The position numbers and the translations under genes are program-made. Positions 63,571 through 64,000 of a stretch of DNA of 64,000 nucleotides are shown here, piece by piece. Position 1 is the stretch's first letter. Every line of letters starts with the position of its first letter. A model generated the notes under the pieces. That model was not told the DNA's origin, searched no databases, and saw nothing but the letters and a program-made list of their open reading frames with translations. The stretch is from contig NC_043011.1 of NCBI RefSeq assembly GCF_006345805.1, forward strand, positions 20,596,464 through 20,660,463, in the 5' to 3' direction. The DNA comes from Octopus sinensis. Lineage: Eukaryota.

Positions 63571-64000
63571 TGTACTTGTACTTGTGGTGACATTCACCCT
63601 GGGCGGGTTGAGTCGGCTTCTTCTACCATGAAAGAAGTTTTGTGGGAATATGTGGATTTCACAAGCAGTCCCCAACAATCCCACATGTAGAGACATTCTG
63701 TTTGTCGCAGATTGTCCGCAGACGCAGGGACAGAATGACCGAGGAGCCACCAGTTACCGAAACAAACATTCCGAGGATTTTCCCCAGAGCCCCGTCTGCC
63801 AGGTTGTGGCCCTAATACCACTCAGTGTCAGACCAATCTGCCTTGGGTGGCCCTACCAGGAACCGAAGTTTCCGACAACATAGCTCTGACACTACTCGTT
63901 GCCAACGCCCCCACCACAGTGAGGAGGGGATAGATTTTGGGGATGCTCTGCTTGTTGGCATTAATGAAAGATCTATGTCATTGCATATCTGCATTGGCAA
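63565..64000 (-). mobile_element. Non-LTR element 3' end with (CAAGTA)n tail, inserted into the RTE; runs off the window
   Basis: The minus strand ends ...GTCACCACAAGTACAAGTACAAGTA exactly where the APE reading frame stops. Confidence 0.5.

Overview
This is AT-rich eukaryotic genomic DNA almost entirely covered by microsatellites and transposon remnants. The SINE families and repeat density point to a coleoid cephalopod, most likely Octopus (inference from recalled repeat sequences, not a database search). I found no host protein-coding gene I can identify. Nearly all ORFs in the supplied track are microsatellite translations or SINE read-throughs, so the window is probably intronic or intergenic. 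Recognisable content: several tRNA-headed SINE families (many with 10-17 bp target-site duplications, TSDs), RTE/RTE-X LINE remnants, (TAA)n-associated restriction-like-endonuclease (RLE) LINE remnants, hAT and other MITEs, two Helitron-like elements and many long fold-back palindromes. The main discovery is a 5'-truncated Penelope-like element (PLE) at 40436-42290 with a decayed GIY-YIG ORF. Its pseudo-LTR (pLTR) combines a tRNA-like Pol III promoter, an (AAT)n array and a minimal hammerhead ribozyme (HHR), and it has an inverted pLTR joined through a perfect hairpin. Two more minimal-HHR repeat families occur, one with a fixed non-canonical CUGU(A/G)GA core. A 1.03-kb palindrome made of palindromes lies at 36899-37929.
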